64,000 nt of DNA from the human T2T-CHM13v2.0 reference genome, Homo sapiens: assembly GCF_009914755.1 (NCBI RefSeq), contig NC_060938.1; one strand, 5' to 3'. The notes beneath the pieces were generated by a model, which saw nothing but the letters and a program-made list of their open reading frames with translations, was not told the DNA's origin and made no database searches. The position numbers and the translations under genes were made by a program. Every line of letters starts with the position of its first letter. Within the stretch, counting starts at the first letter, position 1. This document shows, piece after piece, positions 31,331 through 45,798 of this stretch.

Positions 31331-33750
31331 TTATATAATAACTTACTGAGCCAATTTCCTACAGTTGGAACTAGGGTTTTTTTCCCACAATCTTTTGCTG
31401 TTATAAGTGAAACCAAATTTTAATCATTTCCTTGGGAAAGACCCCTAAAATTGAATCACATGTACACTTTTTTTTACTTTTGATCATACTGTTAAATTTA
31501 TCTCTAAAAGATTTATACCAGTTTATACTCCCACTAATAATGTATTAAAGAGTACCTAGTTCCCCACAGCCTATATCAAATATTGTAAATCATTGCTAAA
31601 TATTCTATTCAGTTGAGAGAACATAATTTATTTACTCTTCTTCCTGCTGTTAACATTTAGATTATTTTCAAATTTTCATTCTTACAAAACCATCATGAAC
31701 ATCTTTCTGCCTAATATTTGTCTATAAGTTGAATCATGATTAAAATAGGAATCCTGGGTGAGAGGGCATATTTACCCTTGTCACTTATACTTTCCAAAGG
31801 TTAAACTGAAATCTTCTGGGTAGATGGGAGTTTTGGGGCACCCTGCCATGTCTAGGGGAAGGTAATGGACAGAATGAAATAGAAGAGGCCATGTGCCAAA
31901 GGATAAAACACTAGAAACGTACTGCCAGACTGTTTTCCAAAAGGGTACTAATTTAATAACCATTCCGGTGGCTTAAAAACAATTTAATGCAGTATTCAAA
32001 GATATTAGGTAAGGAAGAAAAGCACTATCCACCATTAACCTGCAATAATGTCATTCCTCACAGAGGACCCTCAACCTCAATAAAACACACATCTCTGTCC
32101 CTCCCGGATCCAAAGCTAGCATGCGCATCTGCCTAGCTCATGCACTTGGCGGGAACTACCAGGGGAACTCACAGGGTAGCTCATCTCCTGGGGCTCCTCT
32201 GTTCTAGAATCCTTTGTATTTTTATCTCCTGTCCAAAGCTCGAGATCCCCAAGGGAGCAAGTCCCATTTTAGTTGACACCTAATCAAAGCTGCTGGTACT
32301 CCTTCAGCTCCTGTGGAGCGTAGGTCTCTGGGGCGCAATGAACACACTTTTTCACATGACAAACGTACCTCGAGCAGCTACTGTGTGCCAAGCAAAGCGA
32401 CAGATCACAAAGAAGCTCTCAGCTCTTCAGCAGCCTTGTCCAGAGACCTAGTCCTCACTGTTTCAGCATTTGCTCCATGATCTGCAATAAATATGTATTG
32501 AACAATGATAGGATGAGTGGATATTGTTCCGGCTCATTTGATATTTGAGGTGGAAGAAGACTCAGAGATCATCTTGCTGAACCCCCTCCTTTTATACAGT
32601 CATTTAGTGATGGCCTCCCATGACCCGATGTGCTTGACACCCCAAGGCAGTACCATTACCTCCTTTCCGCAGCTACGGAAACTGCTTCACTCAGAGGTTA
32701 ACTTGACTGCCGCTATGGAGTGGCTGTGGTCTAGCTGGAGGAACTTGACTGACATCCCTTTTCAGCTCTCCTTGCCCTGCCTGCCCACCTCAACTAAGTT
32801 ACTAAGTTAAGCACTCACATCAGGAACTTTAGAAAATATGTTTTTTAATGGTCAAGACGGAAAAGGAAATGGCACCAATTGCCCATGTGCCTAAGTACCT
32901 AAGTACCAGCCTCCTGGGAGTGTTCTGTGGTTGATGTCTGCAGTACAGGTGAGGAAAGGCTTGGCTTCTCGGCCCCCACCCCCAGTCCCACCCTGTTTTC
33001 AACTGTTAGGCTTGTGCTTTGGGGAGAAATCAGGCAAAGTCAAGTTGGGTTGCCAACCATCACACGAATGATGAATTCACCTGCAAAAGCACCTCCCACC
33101 CCGACTCTGCAATTCAGCCTCCACATCTTGCTCCTCTCCCTCCTCCACTTTCCTCTCCTTCCTGTCCATCAGGACTAAGCTACTCCGGACGGTACCTCGG
33201 CCCTCAGATGTTACAGCTGAGGAAGGACTTACTTTTCATCAATGTATTTATCCCTGAGTTTCACTCTGAGGATGATGATGATAATGATGACAGTAATGAG
33301 CTCAATCCTTTTATCTTAGGTAGAGAATTAAGGTTCACCTGTTTCTTAAAAATTTTTATTATAAAAAACAAATCCTTATTTATATAAAAAAACCTGACAT
33401 GTATGAAGGAAAAGGTAAAAGTCTTCAGTTTTCTATCTCACCCCCATGCCATTTTCCAGAGGTGACCCCTGTAGAGCGGTTTCCTGTGTATTCTTTCAGG
33501 TATACCTATGCATTTACACATGCATATGTTTATAAACTATTTATGTAAAATGAATCACACTGTATATATTTATTTCTTCTAACATTCCTTTAGAATTCTA
33601 GTATAAGGATAAAGTATACTTTAATTAATCAGTTGTCTACTGATAGACATTTATTTCCACCATTTTTATTAAAAATAATGCAGTAATTAATATATTTGTA
33701 CATTTCACATATTTACATGAGTTTAATTGTAGGGCTAATGCCTAGAAATA

Positions 33751-33867
33751 TAAGGTGACCATATAATCTATTGCCTAAACCAGGACAAGTGCTCATTCAG
33801 AAGGGCTCCAGAGAGCACAGGAATGTACACTGTAATTGTCTCAGGAAATCAAGTGTATTTTTACCTA
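33751..33867. mobile_element. MER81-like hAT MITE
   Basis: taaggtgaccatataatctattgcctaaaccaggaca start. Confidence 0.45.
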
Positions 33868-34234
33868 GAAATGAAACTTCTGCTAAGTCAAAGAGTAATA
33901 TTTTTAAATGCTGATGTTGACAAATAGCCTTCTGTCATGGTTATACCAATGTATCATTCACCAATGTATAAAAGCTTCTATTTCTTCAAACTGTCAAAAT
34001 ACTGAGAATTAATAATTATTCTTGAACTTTGCCAGATGAATTAGCAAGACATTATGTCTCATTTTAGTTTTTGACTTTTGTTTTCTGTAATTTTTTATTA
34101 CTGGCAGAATCAACCAGATAGATCTTGCTTTAATTTGCATTTTTATTTAGTCATTAATGAGGTTGAACATCTTTTCATTTATTAATGGCCATTTGCATTT
34201 TATTTTTATTTTATTTTTCCTTTTTTAACGTGTA

Positions 34235-34350
34235 CTTATATTTATTATAAAAGGATATAACTCAGGAAAAGCCAGATGGAAGAAATGCATAAGGCAAGAT
34301 ATGGGGAAAGGGGCACAAAGCTTTCATGACCTCTTGAGATGTGCCACCTA
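34235..34350. mobile_element. MER21-like LTR fragment
   Basis: ataaaggatataactcagga..gccagatggaagaaatgcataaggcaagatatgggg. Confidence 0.6.
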
Positions 34351-34364
34351 CGTTTCATCTTTCT

Positions 34365-34695
<331 letters not shown>

Positions 34696-35570
34696 CACAC
34701 ATTTCATTTTTCTATGAACTTCTTCATATCCTTTAAGCTTATATTCCTTTTTAAATATTGGTTCATTTCTTATTGATTAATAAGAGCTCTTTGTGTATTA
34801 CAGAAGTTAGTTCTTTGTCATATTTTTATTTAATATTTTTTCCCAACGTGATGTTTGTATTTTGACTTTATGACATTTTTGACATATAAAAATGTTAAGT
34901 CTTTGTATAGTGTTTTCTTTTATGACATATGGGCTTTATGGCCAAGATTGAAAATAAATGAAAAGTGACCAATTTTTTTCTTTATACTTTTAAGTTTCTT
35001 TTTCAGTTTAAATATTTGAGCTACCTGAAATTTATTTTGGTTGAAGAAATTAGTCCAGCTTTATTGATTTCCACATTGCCTAGTCACTTTTCCTAACATC
35101 ATTCACTGAATGGCATAGCTCTCCCTCCCCACTGCCATTTGAAGTACAAGTGTATCTTATGCCAATCCTCCACATGTATTTGGGTCTATTTCTGATCTCT
35201 CCTCTATTGATCTGTTTATAGTAAGACATACTATAAGACTACAGGTACTACTAGTATAGTAGTATTCTACTATATACTACTATATAGGATATAGATCTAT
35301 ATCCTATAGATATAGGATACTATTATATGAATAGCATCTGTAGTCTTATGGTATATCTTAAAACCTGGTAGGTAGTTTTTTTTTTCAGATTTTCTCTGAT
35401 TGTTCTCTCATGTTTAAACTCTTCCAGCTGAATCTCCCTTCCCCCAACACAGCTGTTATTTGATCAGAGTTGCATTAAATTCATAGATTAAGTCAAGGAG
35501 AATGTATGTCTTTACATCACTGAATCTTTTCCAAGCATGAGCTGTGTCTTCCCTTTAAGGTCTGTTTAAC

Positions 35571-35850
35571 TACAGGGTGGGTGGCCGTAAAGGGAAACAT
35601 GGACAAATATACCTAATCAGTGGTTTATTTCTATCACATTACAATACATGAAACTGTGTTGTTTTTACTAACAATGTATGGTTCAGTGTACTGTGCAAAA
35701 CTGCAATAAATGCCACATTTCCATTGATCCCTGTACATGCATCTAAAATATGCTATGATCGGAACATTTGTGTCTCTGTTTTCTGATGGAATGAAACTGC
35801 CTTTATGGCATCCCAGAAGTAATCAAAAGGGTTTTTTCTGTCTAAAAAAA
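35571..35850 (-). mobile_element. Degenerate Tc1/mariner transposon end (MARNA-like)
   Basis: TA-CAGGGTG terminus. The minus strand from 35833 reads NPFDYFWDAIK...*HILDACTGINGN, resembling the SPDLNP.D.F.W C-terminal transposase motif. Confidence 0.55.
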
Positions 35851-35854
35851 ATTA

Positions 35855-36019
<165 letters not shown>

Positions 36020-36149
36020 TTAAAAAAATAGTATTATCCCTCTTTCCAAAATTTATGGCTACTTTGTGCCTTGATAAAATGCGGGCTACAGGGGTAGAGG
36101 CAGTCCAGGGGCATGGTCTTATTGAGGGGACAGGTCACACCTGCTCCAG

Positions 36150-36549
36150 CAGTGGTCCTGTCTTTGTGCTGCTGTAACAGAATATCACAGCCAGGGTGGC
36201 TTATAAACAACAGAAATTGATTTCTCACAGTTTCAGAGCCTGGAAACCCAAGATCAAGGCACCAGCAGGTTTGGTGTCTGATGAGGGCTGCTCTCTCTGT
36301 TTCCAAGATGGTACCTTGTTGCTGTGTATTCCAGAGGGGACAAATGCTGTGTCCTCGTATGGCAGAAGGTGAAAGGGCGTAAAGGTGTGAACTCTCTCTG
36401 AAGCCTCTTTTATAAAGGCATTAATCCATTCATGAGGGCAGAGCCTTTCTGACTTAATCACTTCCCAAAAGACCTTACTTCTTAATACCACCACAATGGG
36501 GATTAAGTTTCAACAGGAATTTTGGAGGGGACATATTCGAACCACAGCA
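36150..36549 (-). mobile_element. MLT1A/MSTD-like MaLR solo LTR
   Basis: ggtggcttataaacaacagaaatt...ccaagatcaaggcaccagcagg...aaccacagca. Confidence 0.8.
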
Positions 36550-37008
36550 GAGCCTCAAAGAAAGTCACACAAGAGGCAGGCTGATTTTTCCCAAGTTCTC
36601 CTTCCCCTCTCCCTTTTCCTTACATTTAATCTGATTCAAAAAAATCTGCCTTTGTCATGCTCTGTCCTATTGGTGGACATTATTGTGAGAGTATAACCTA
36701 ACCGATTAATTACTAGTCACAAACCACAGGTAATGTGTTTTTAAATTTGACCCACAGTGCCAATAATGTGCCATATCGGCCACTACTCTGTTTTTGGCTC
36801 TCTCTTCTGAAAAGTGTTACAAACCGACATGCCCAGCTGGCAATCAAAGGCTTGCTGAGTTCTAATGTGTTGAATTGGATCCTGGCCTGCTGGTCCCGAC
36901 CTCAGTTGGTGGGGCAGAAGGCTGTCACCATCTTTGCAATAGTCACACTATAAGTGTTCTATATGTTATACGGCCCATTATTGCTTTTTTTTCCCCCTTA
37001 ATATGTTG

Positions 37009-37342
37009 GGGCAGGGGTGGTGGCTCACACCTATAATCCCGGCACTTTGGGAGGCCAAGGCAGGAGGATGGCTTGAGGCCAGGAATTTGAGACCCGCCTA
37101 GGGTAACATAGCAAGATCCTGTTTCTAAAAAAAAAAAAAAAATCTATCTATCTATCTACCTATCTATCTATCTATCTATCTATCTATATCTATCTATCTG
37201 TCTAATATATATAGTCCCAGCTACTCAGGAGACTGAGGTGGGAGGATCACTTGAGCCTAGGAGTTTGAGGCTGCAGTGAGCTAGAATCATGCCACTGCAC
37301 TCTAGGCTGGGCAACAGAGCAAGACCCTATCTCTAAAAAAAA
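37009..37342 (+). mobile_element. AluJ with a (TCTA)n STR (37143-37205) in the middle linker
   Basis: Left arm, A-run, TCTA repeat, then a right arm lacking its first ~25 nt. Confidence 0.88.
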
Positions 37343-39063
37343 TTTTTTTTAAATTAACTGTGATCAGTCCGTGTTCGATAGATACTGACTGTGAAATACC
37401 TGAAGTACAATGATGGCATGCAGACCTTGACGCTTTGCGCTTGTGACTACAGCAGAAGTGGCACCGACCTGGACCCCATGTTAGCCCAGAGGGTGTTTCT
37501 TGGGGCCTCAGTTGCCTTGAGGTTGTCCTGTCTCAGCAGTTCATCCTGCTCATGTCCTTTTCCTCAGCCATAGAGCAGGACCAGGTTGTTTGGGGGACTG
37601 GTACCCTGAGCAAGAATGACTTTGTCTCCCGTTAGGTGTGACTGCTGCTGAGGGTCATCAGGACCTTGAGGGTGTCGCTGGCTGAGAGGACCCAGGAAAT
37701 CTGGTGGTGTGCTGATTTGGTCTGAGTACACAAACTCTTGTATTTTTCTGTTCTTCCATGTTCTTTTGAGCCATAGTCAAGAAGCGCATGTCCAGGCCAA
37801 GGAGTGACAGCACTGGGCAAGTCCCTATCTGAGCCACGAGCTGATGCCCTGATCCTTGAGCCAAGGAAGGAAGCGACCTCCAGCCTGAGCTTGTCAGGAC
37901 TCAGCTGTGTGCCGGGCACCAGAGGCCAGCCTGCTTTGGAGCTGAGGACTCAGAATTGGCAAGAGGGGATGCCAAGGACATCTGAGCCACAAGCTGGTCT
38001 GAAGGCACACAGAGAAAGCTTTGTGCTTAGGCTCTGTGGCCAGACAGCCTCAATTTTGGTCCCGGCTAAGCCACTCAGCAGCTATGTGACCTTGGGCATA
38101 CTATTGTACCTCTAGGCCTCAGTTTCCACCTCTGTAAAATAAGAATAAGAGGAGCATTTGGAGATAGAAATAAGCCCTTGGCATAGCACCCAGTGCACAG
38201 TAGACCCTCAATGAGCCGTCAGCATCAGCTCATTCCTGTTGAAGATGCCCAGTCTTCCCCCCATACTCTGGGCTACAGCAGCTGTGGCTGGAAGGATCAG
38301 GTAGGGCTTTTGTACCCTTCACAGACTCAGAGATGCTTGATTTGCACTGGCGAAACTGATAAGCAGATGCAAGCCGAGCATCACATATCTCTGGCATGGA
38401 CCAGCCTCACACTCCCTCCATCCGCAGATGGCCTCTGGGCTGGGCAAAGGGCGGGAAATGGAGACCTGGGGAGCCTGGTGGACCTGGAGAGGACCCTCGG
38501 GTCTGAGCAGAGACTGCCTGGAATGGCGGGCCTGATGCCTTGGCCTAGCCTTAGGTAGAGGACCCTGGGTGGCTCAGATCCCTAGGGGAATAAGCAGTGG
38601 GCCTCCCTCCACTTTCTTGGTGAGATCACTGGAACCACAAGCACTCATAAGGCCACAGGAACTCTTTCTCAGTGAAACCAGTAGTGTTGGAAAGCTGTGC
38701 AGTCATCAGTACCCCTGGAGGAGTCATATTAGGATGTGTTGGGAAATCTAACTGGAGGCCTTAGGTGGGTTTCCCCAGGCAGCTCCTATCTCGTGTTCTG
38801 GATATGTAATTAAACTAGGGCCTCCCAGGCCTGTGGGACAGAAGTGTTGCAAGGTAGTGGATTTCCATAGTAACCATGGTGGCTCTAGCTGAGTTTCAGT
38901 TGGCTCTGCTGATGGTGAAGTTCCTGGTCAATACAAATATAGGCCAAAAACCAGACTCGCGGTTAGCCTTCCTGGGAACGGGGTCAGAGGAGATAGCCTT
39001 TAAGGTCCCTCGTAGTTCCAAGATCCTGTGATTAGCCCCTCACTATCATGAGTTTGTACAAAG

Positions 39064-39240
39064 CAGCGGCTCTCAACTTGGTAGCACATTGGAACTGCCT
39101 GGAGAGCTTTAAAAACATCTGATGCTTTTGTCCCACCTCCACAGATTCTGGTTTAGTTGGTCTTGGGTATGGCCTGGACATCAGGCTTTTTGCCATCTTC
39201 CCACGTGATTCTAATGTGTGGCCAAGGTTGAGAACTACTG
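39064..39240. mobile_element. MER5A (hAT-Charlie MITE)
   Basis: TIRs cagcggctctcaac / gttgagaactactg with the characteristic internal body. Confidence 0.8.
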
Positions 39241-41379
39241 ACAAAAAGGCAGACAACGTATATAATAATAGTTAATAACAATTCGTTAGTTAATAATAAT
39301 AATCACAATTTATGTGCCAGGCACTGTGCAAAGCACATTATATGCATTGCATTCTTGATAATTTCCATTTTCCAGATGAAGAAGAAACATGTTCAGAAAG
39401 GGAAGTGACTTTCCAAGGCCAGAGAGCAGTAAGAACTGCCATTCTATACCAGAGCCATGAGAGTTCAAAGCCCTGGCCAGTCACTTCTATAATTGCCACT
39501 TTTGAGGCAATGTGCAGCAGAAGATGGGGACATGTCTGGAGCAGACTCCTGAGGGACCCTTGATACTCCACTCAGGCCTCCCCTGTACCCAACCTGAGGT
39601 TCCTGGCCCTGTGCAACCTGCAGCACCTTGTCTGGTTGGATGAGACCACTGGCAGCCCAGTGGGGTTGGCTACTTCCTGAGGCAGGCTCAGGGAGGCCCT
39701 GTGGAACCCTCCTTTTCATTTGGAAGAGTTGGAACCTGAGACCTTGAGCTCAGAGATGTCGAATTATGTGCTTAGCTTCCCAGCTCTCATAATGAATGGC
39801 AGTCTTTCAACTTGGGACAGAGAATCAGGTAAGATTTTACTCCCAGGGGAGTGGGGAGTGGTTGGAAATCACATTTTATTCACCAGGTGTTTTTGGTTTA
39901 TAGCAGACTCAGGAAAAAAGTCAGGGGCCATCCATAAAATAGGGCCAGAGCCTTTTTACTTGCAGTTTCATTGAAATTTAGTGAAAGGTAAACCCAGCAG
40001 GTACCTGTTTTACTGGCAGTAAAAGAAAATTGGGCAACAATTATTTAAAATGAGTCAGAGCTGTTTAAATCTAAAATTTAGGGGTATGTGTATGTTTTAA
40101 AAGAAAGTTTACAAGGCTTGGAGATTTGGACTGAACTGTTTTTGATGAAAATGACATGGAAAATATTTTCCTTTCTTATTTTAAACCTTCTTCTTTGCTG
40201 TTTGTTTCCTAAATTTAGCAGGAAGCAATAAGCAAATCTAGCTGGAAAAAAAAACTGAAGCAAGTTAGGGAAGTTTCAAGGTCTAATCGAAATGATAGAC
40301 TGAAAATAAAGCTGTCCAAGGTGAGACAGTAATTCTTCCCATTTTATAGAAAAAAGTCATTATTTCAACTTAAACCGTTTCAGATGTGATTGACCTATTG
40401 GACACGGAAGTGCTGGATTTGGCACTCCCTAAAAGTACAAAGACTGGGGAGGGAGGCAACTGTCTAAACATCAGCCAAGAACTCTCAGCAGGAGGCTGGA
40501 AGGATGTGGGAGGCTCGTCAGCCTGTCACTCACCATCTCCCCAACCTTCCTTCCTCACCATGGCAACACCAGGGCTTCTGGAGCCATGGTCCAGATGGAA
40601 CCCCCAGTCTCAAAGCCTGAACACCGCCCTGCCTGCTGGGGAAGGCTGGGAATGCCCCACCCAACTCTAGACTTAAGCCACTGGCCAAATGCCAAAGACG
40701 GGCCTGATATTTTGGAATGGAGTGTTGACACCAGTGACTGTCATTGTTGTCAGTGACTCACTTGTTGGGTTTTGGGTTTGACTTTGTTTTTTACTTGTGG
40801 AGAATGATTTTCTATTTATTGGAAGAACTGCAGGACTGATATCTCTGAACTTTTGGTCACTAGAGAAGAACACCCAACTCAAATCAGTTTTTTAAAAAAA
40901 AAATATGTAGGTAGGTAGGTAGATAGATACTTTACATCTCTTGGTTCTGATTGTTTCTTCTTGGTTCATTTTTCAGACAAGGTTTCTCCATGTGATGGAC
41001 AAGAAGATTCTCATTTTGCACGCTTGGCAGTGCTGGCAAAAAAAAAAGTTCATTGTATAGAAAAGTCTCAGGGAAGATTCTGATTGGCCCAGATCAAATC
41101 AAATGACCATTCCTGAACCAATCACTGTGTCTAGAGGTGCAGTAATGAGATTGGCCTAGCCAGGGTCTTGTGCCCACCCTTGTGGTGGTGCTTGGGGTGT
41201 TGGTGGGACAGGGGACAGTGAATGACAGTCCTGCCAGAAGCCTATGAGTGGGGAAGAAGATCTCCAAGACAGGCAAACTACCATACGCCGGCTTGGTCCA
41301 CCTCAGTCTCAAGTATTGTATTTGGCCAAGGGTGCAGGGATGGTGGGGAAAGGAGGAAGGAGAGGCTTGAGATTACACA

Positions 41380-41900
41380 TGTATTCAGTAGCTATTGTTT
41401 TTGAGTGCCTACAATCACCAAGGTTTTTCTCTGGGCTTTGGGATTCAGCATGAGACAAAACAGAAAACCCCTGCCCTAGTGAAGCTTATAATCTTGTGGG
41501 GAGAGGTAGCCAAAACCCTAAAATAAATAAGTAAAGCACATATAGACTGTGAGATTGCAATGAGTGCCTTAGGAGAAGCAAAACACTGCAGGAGGGCAGG
41601 GAATGAGAGGGTCGGGTTGGGGTCACAGAGTTACATGTGGTGGTTGGGGAAGGCTCACAGAGGAGGTGAGGTTTGAGCAGCGTCCTGCAGGAGGTTTGAG
41701 CAGGGCCCTGCAGGCCCTACACAGAGGAGCCTTCCACAGAAAGAGAGTGTGGCTGGAGCAGAGCAAGTAAGGGGCAGCAGTGGAAGCAAGTTCAGCAAGG
41801 TGACACCTGCCCAGAGAGCGCCTCAGGCCATTGTGAGCTTGGGGGCTTGTAGTCTGTGAGGGGGTGGGGGGCACTGAAGGTCACGTGATGTATCACAGGG
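41380..41900 (+). mobile_element. L2 fragment
   Basis: tattcagtagctattgttttgagtgcctac...ccctgccctagtgaagcttata pattern. Confidence 0.6.
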
Positions 41901-44900
41901 TCCCATTTGTTTGCTGTTTTCTCTCCATTTGATTATAGGTCCTTTGAGAGCAGGGACAATATTTAGGTATTCATTCATTTACTTATCTATTCCTTGATTC
42001 AGCAACCACCTGTTGAGTACCTACTGTGTGCCAGGTGCAGGGAGCCCCATGAGGAAGAGCTCACCATCTAGTGGAAAAGAAAGAGAAGTAAAGCACAAAT
42101 GTCAGTGTCATGTGACATGTGCCCCTGCTTGACATAAGAATTCCACCAACAACCCAAAATACTTTCACTACCCCCTCCAGAGAGGGCAGCCAAGCTAGTC
42201 CCATCTAGTGGCTCCAAGCCCAGGATCTCCAGTCTCTTGAGCTGGTCCAGATATAGCTCCTCATGGTCCTGCAGCCAAGTGCCAAATGATGCATTTACTC
42301 CCTCGCCAATACACTTAGTGAGCAACATGGATGGAATGCAGGCTAGCAGCAGCACAGTTCCCCTTTAGAAGAGGGGAGGAGGGAAACAGCATCCACTGGT
42401 CACACGACATCTGCAGACTCCTGCTCCAGTGGGAGTCAGGGTGGGGTGAGGTTCTGTGGTCAGTTCTCCAGCTCCGCTCTGAGCTTGGGGTTGGCGGTTT
42501 CTTCTTTCTGATCCTCCATGGCCAAGCCTGGCATGGGATGGGGCATGAAAGGGACCAGATGCTTGGATTCCTGTTCTAGGGGTTATGTTGCCTTTTGTTT
42601 ATTTCCACATTCCCAGCCTCTTACCCAGTGTATGTACATAGTAGGTTTTCACTCAGTATTTGCTGAGTTAATACCAGTGTTGTTAAGTACACTGCCTATG
42701 AATACACAGGGCAGACATTGAATCAGGCTATGGAGCATGGGAGGGCATCAAAGACGATTTTGTGAATTCATGACTTGGGTGGAACTGCTCATCTCGGCAA
42801 CAGGGAATGCAGGAGAAGCAGCAGCTTTGGGATAAGTGGGGAATTTGTTTTGAGATGCCAAGTTAGGGGCACCCGTGGGACATTCAAAGACCTGAAGTCT
42901 CAAGATCAAAGAATGGGGCTAAAGGCAAAAGGAGGAGTTCAAGAGCTGGAAGGAAATGATTATGATCTGGGCATGGGAACTGGGGTTACATATCGGAAGT
43001 AGAACGGCTCTGGGTGGTGACCGGGGCGAGGCCAGAGAGAGCTGAGGAGAGAGGAAGTGAAAGCCCTTCAGAGGTCATGGAATTGTGGCCAGGAGCCACA
43101 ACCTACCCTTCCTCAGGATCCCCTTCACTTCACTGGCTCAGGGCCAACTGACATTTCAGCTCCAACCCCAAGGAACAGCAGGGTCATCCTGAAAGGAGAG
43201 CTAAGGCCTCTGGGCCTGTTGTTTCCATGACACCTGTCTCACAGGTGAAGAGTCAAACCCCAAACCCTGATACCACCTGGAGCGGGGTTGGACCACCCAG
43301 AGAGTATGGCTTGTGGAAGGGAACAGCAGACTTTACTTTTCCCAATAGCATCTTTGAGGATGTGTAACTCAATTTCGAGGCCTTGGGAGGAACCTCTCTA
43401 GAGAGCCTGGGCCTGAGCAGACATTCTTCCCCAACAGTCTCCATGGCCCTGAGGAAGCCTTGAATGAAGTGGGGAAGGCAGCAGGCTGGGGCAGGGGGAA
43501 CTATCTCAGAAACCTTACTTCTGCTTCCTGGCACATAGGAGGCGCTTGGTGGAGCTTTGTTGAATGCATGCATGCATGAATGGATGAGTGAATGCAAGCA
43601 TTCATAAACAAATGAATGCATGTTTAGGTGATTCAGAAGGGTGCCCCAGTGCCTGGTAGATGGGTGACTGTCAGTCAATGTTCACTGGGCAATGAATGAG
43701 TGTGGGATGAGGACTCAGAGGTTTCCTGAGCCCACAGAGTGGCCGTAAGTCCTAAATAAACAAACATGGCTATTTCCCACAGCTGACCTGGAGGATAACG
43801 AAGTGCATACTCTCCCTTTGGGAGCTTCAGCAAATCATCCCTCTGCAGTTTTTCTTTAATTTTAGCTCCTTTGCCATCAACTGGAGGCTCCGTTCCATTT
43901 CCCTGACCTAGAGCTAAGAGGGCATCCATCGCTCTCCCAGGTGGGAAGGACAAAAAGAATCACTCTCCCTTTCAGAGTTGGATGGCTTGGATCCTTCTGG
44001 CGATCCAGGGCCCAAGCCAGAACATTCCTTTTGTCCCTCTCTCCCTCCTTCCTTCCTTCCATCTTCTGTCTTTCCTGAAATGGATTTTGAGTTCACTGGG
44101 GGCTCCGCCACATCTGTTCAGTCTCTGGCATGGCACCACCTCAGTGTTCCACACAGCAGCCACAGCAGTGTTACCATCATGAGCATCTGTGTCTAGCATG
44201 GGGTGGGCCCAGTGGACACGAGGACATCTCCCTCACTGTTCTGCCCTCAGGGAACCTCCAACTGGCTCCTAGGACAGGAGGCAACCCTAGAAGGTAGTAT
44301 CGCTACAGAGTGGCAGCAGTTCAGGAGATCAGAGCTCCCCGGACCCTGGGCATGCCTGTCCAGTGAGGTCGGGGGCTAGGCTCTCAGGGGAACATAGAGG
44401 CCCTGAGCTGCTGGTGACAGTCCCAGTGTCATTCCACACAGCGATCCACTCCCCACAGGTCTAGCTGCCTTGCTGGGACCATCCCTCTAGGACTAGGCCT
44501 GTGATAGCATCCTCATGCAAGAGTTTTGTGAGTGGGCAATTCTCACCCTCCTTTCTGCTTCCTCTGGGGCCCCAGCTTCAGCCCAGGGCTGATGGTTGGG
44601 CGGAAAGTTGGAGTTGGGATGTACCCACAGTTGATGATATTTCATGGCACTCTGGAGAACATCCAGCCAGCAGTTTGGTTCAAGTAATGAGATGTCAGGG
44701 TGCTTGCATCCATCTGTTAATTTCAGATGTGTCCTTCCCCAGTGTCTGTTGCTGGAGACTCTGGGAGCACAGGGTAGGGTGTGGCCATGAAGGAACGGGA
44801 TGGGCAATGGCATCTGCCATCCATCACTGCCCAGCACTTAGTGCCTGGGGACCAGTGGATCTTACAGGGGCCATTTCAGGAGCAAGCAAAAGTCCCAGAG

Positions 44901-45299
44901 AAGATGCATCACTGTCTGAGCACTTGAGTTCTGGTAGCTCTGGCATCAGCCTGCAGGGGTTTGCTGTCCTTACAGGTAGTTCTTTATGCAGCAGATTGTC
45001 CAAGCCCTGGTGTTTTACTGATCGGGTGCCTCATATAATGCCTAGGCCAGGGCTAGGCCCAAGTTTCTGCCTAGGAGACTGTCAATCTGCAGGCGCTTGG
45101 CAGCATCCATTCTGGTTTGTAGTCCCCTCAGGACACCTTGCCTTAGAGGTCTGGTGCACTCCAGGACTCACCGCCCCCCCATATCCCGCAAAGAACATTG
45201 GTTAAGAGCATGGGCTTTGGAGTCGGAATGACCAGTTTAAATCCAGACCTTGTGACTTAATAGCTCTGACCCTGGATGCTTTTTAAAAAGCCTCTTGAT

Positions 45300-45612
45300 G
45301 GCCGGGCGCGGTGGCGCATGCCTGTAATCCCAGCACTTTGGGAGGCTGAGGTGGGTGGATCACTTGAGGTCAGGAGTTCAAGGCCAGCCTAGCCAACACC
45401 ACGAAACTCCACCTCTACCAAAACTATGAAAATTAGCTAGGCGTGGTGGTGCGCACCTGTAATCTCAGCTACTTGGGAGGCTGAGACAGGAGAATCGCTT
45501 CAACCTGGGAGGCAGAGGTTGCAGTGAGCCAAGATCTGCACTCCAGCCTGGGTGACAGAATAAGACCCTGTGTCAAAAAAAAGAAAAAAAAAAAGAAAAA
45601 AAGAAAAAAAAA
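45300..45612 (+). mobile_element. AluS, about 190 nt upstream of exon 2, within a MIR
   Basis: Sense dimer, long A-tail, degenerate TSD cctcttga. Confidence 0.92.
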
Positions 45613-45798
45613 GAAACCCTCTTGAGCCTCAGTTTTCTCTTCTGTACAGTGGGGGAGATAATGGTCTCCTCCTCATAGAGTTGGCGTAAGGCACAAATGA
45701 GGCCACGTGGCTGGCTCCCGCCTGGTGTGTGCTGAGCACTCGCCAAGCAGTGGGGTCCTCCTGCCTGTGGTCCTCTCTGATGCTGACCTTCATCTCAG

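Noticed and set aside
41668-41713. 23-nt tandem duplication in L2, and a similar 12-nt one at 25513-25536
   Set aside because: Ordinary slippage micro-duplications with no sign of function.
42064-42211. Two copies of CCATCTAGTGG (CTCF-like)
   Set aside because: Both lack the conserved terminal C of the core motif.
44501-45205. Longest ORF in the track (234 aa)
   Set aside because: It starts at GTG, has no recognisable domain, has the composition of random GC-rich intron, and shows no supporting exon structure.
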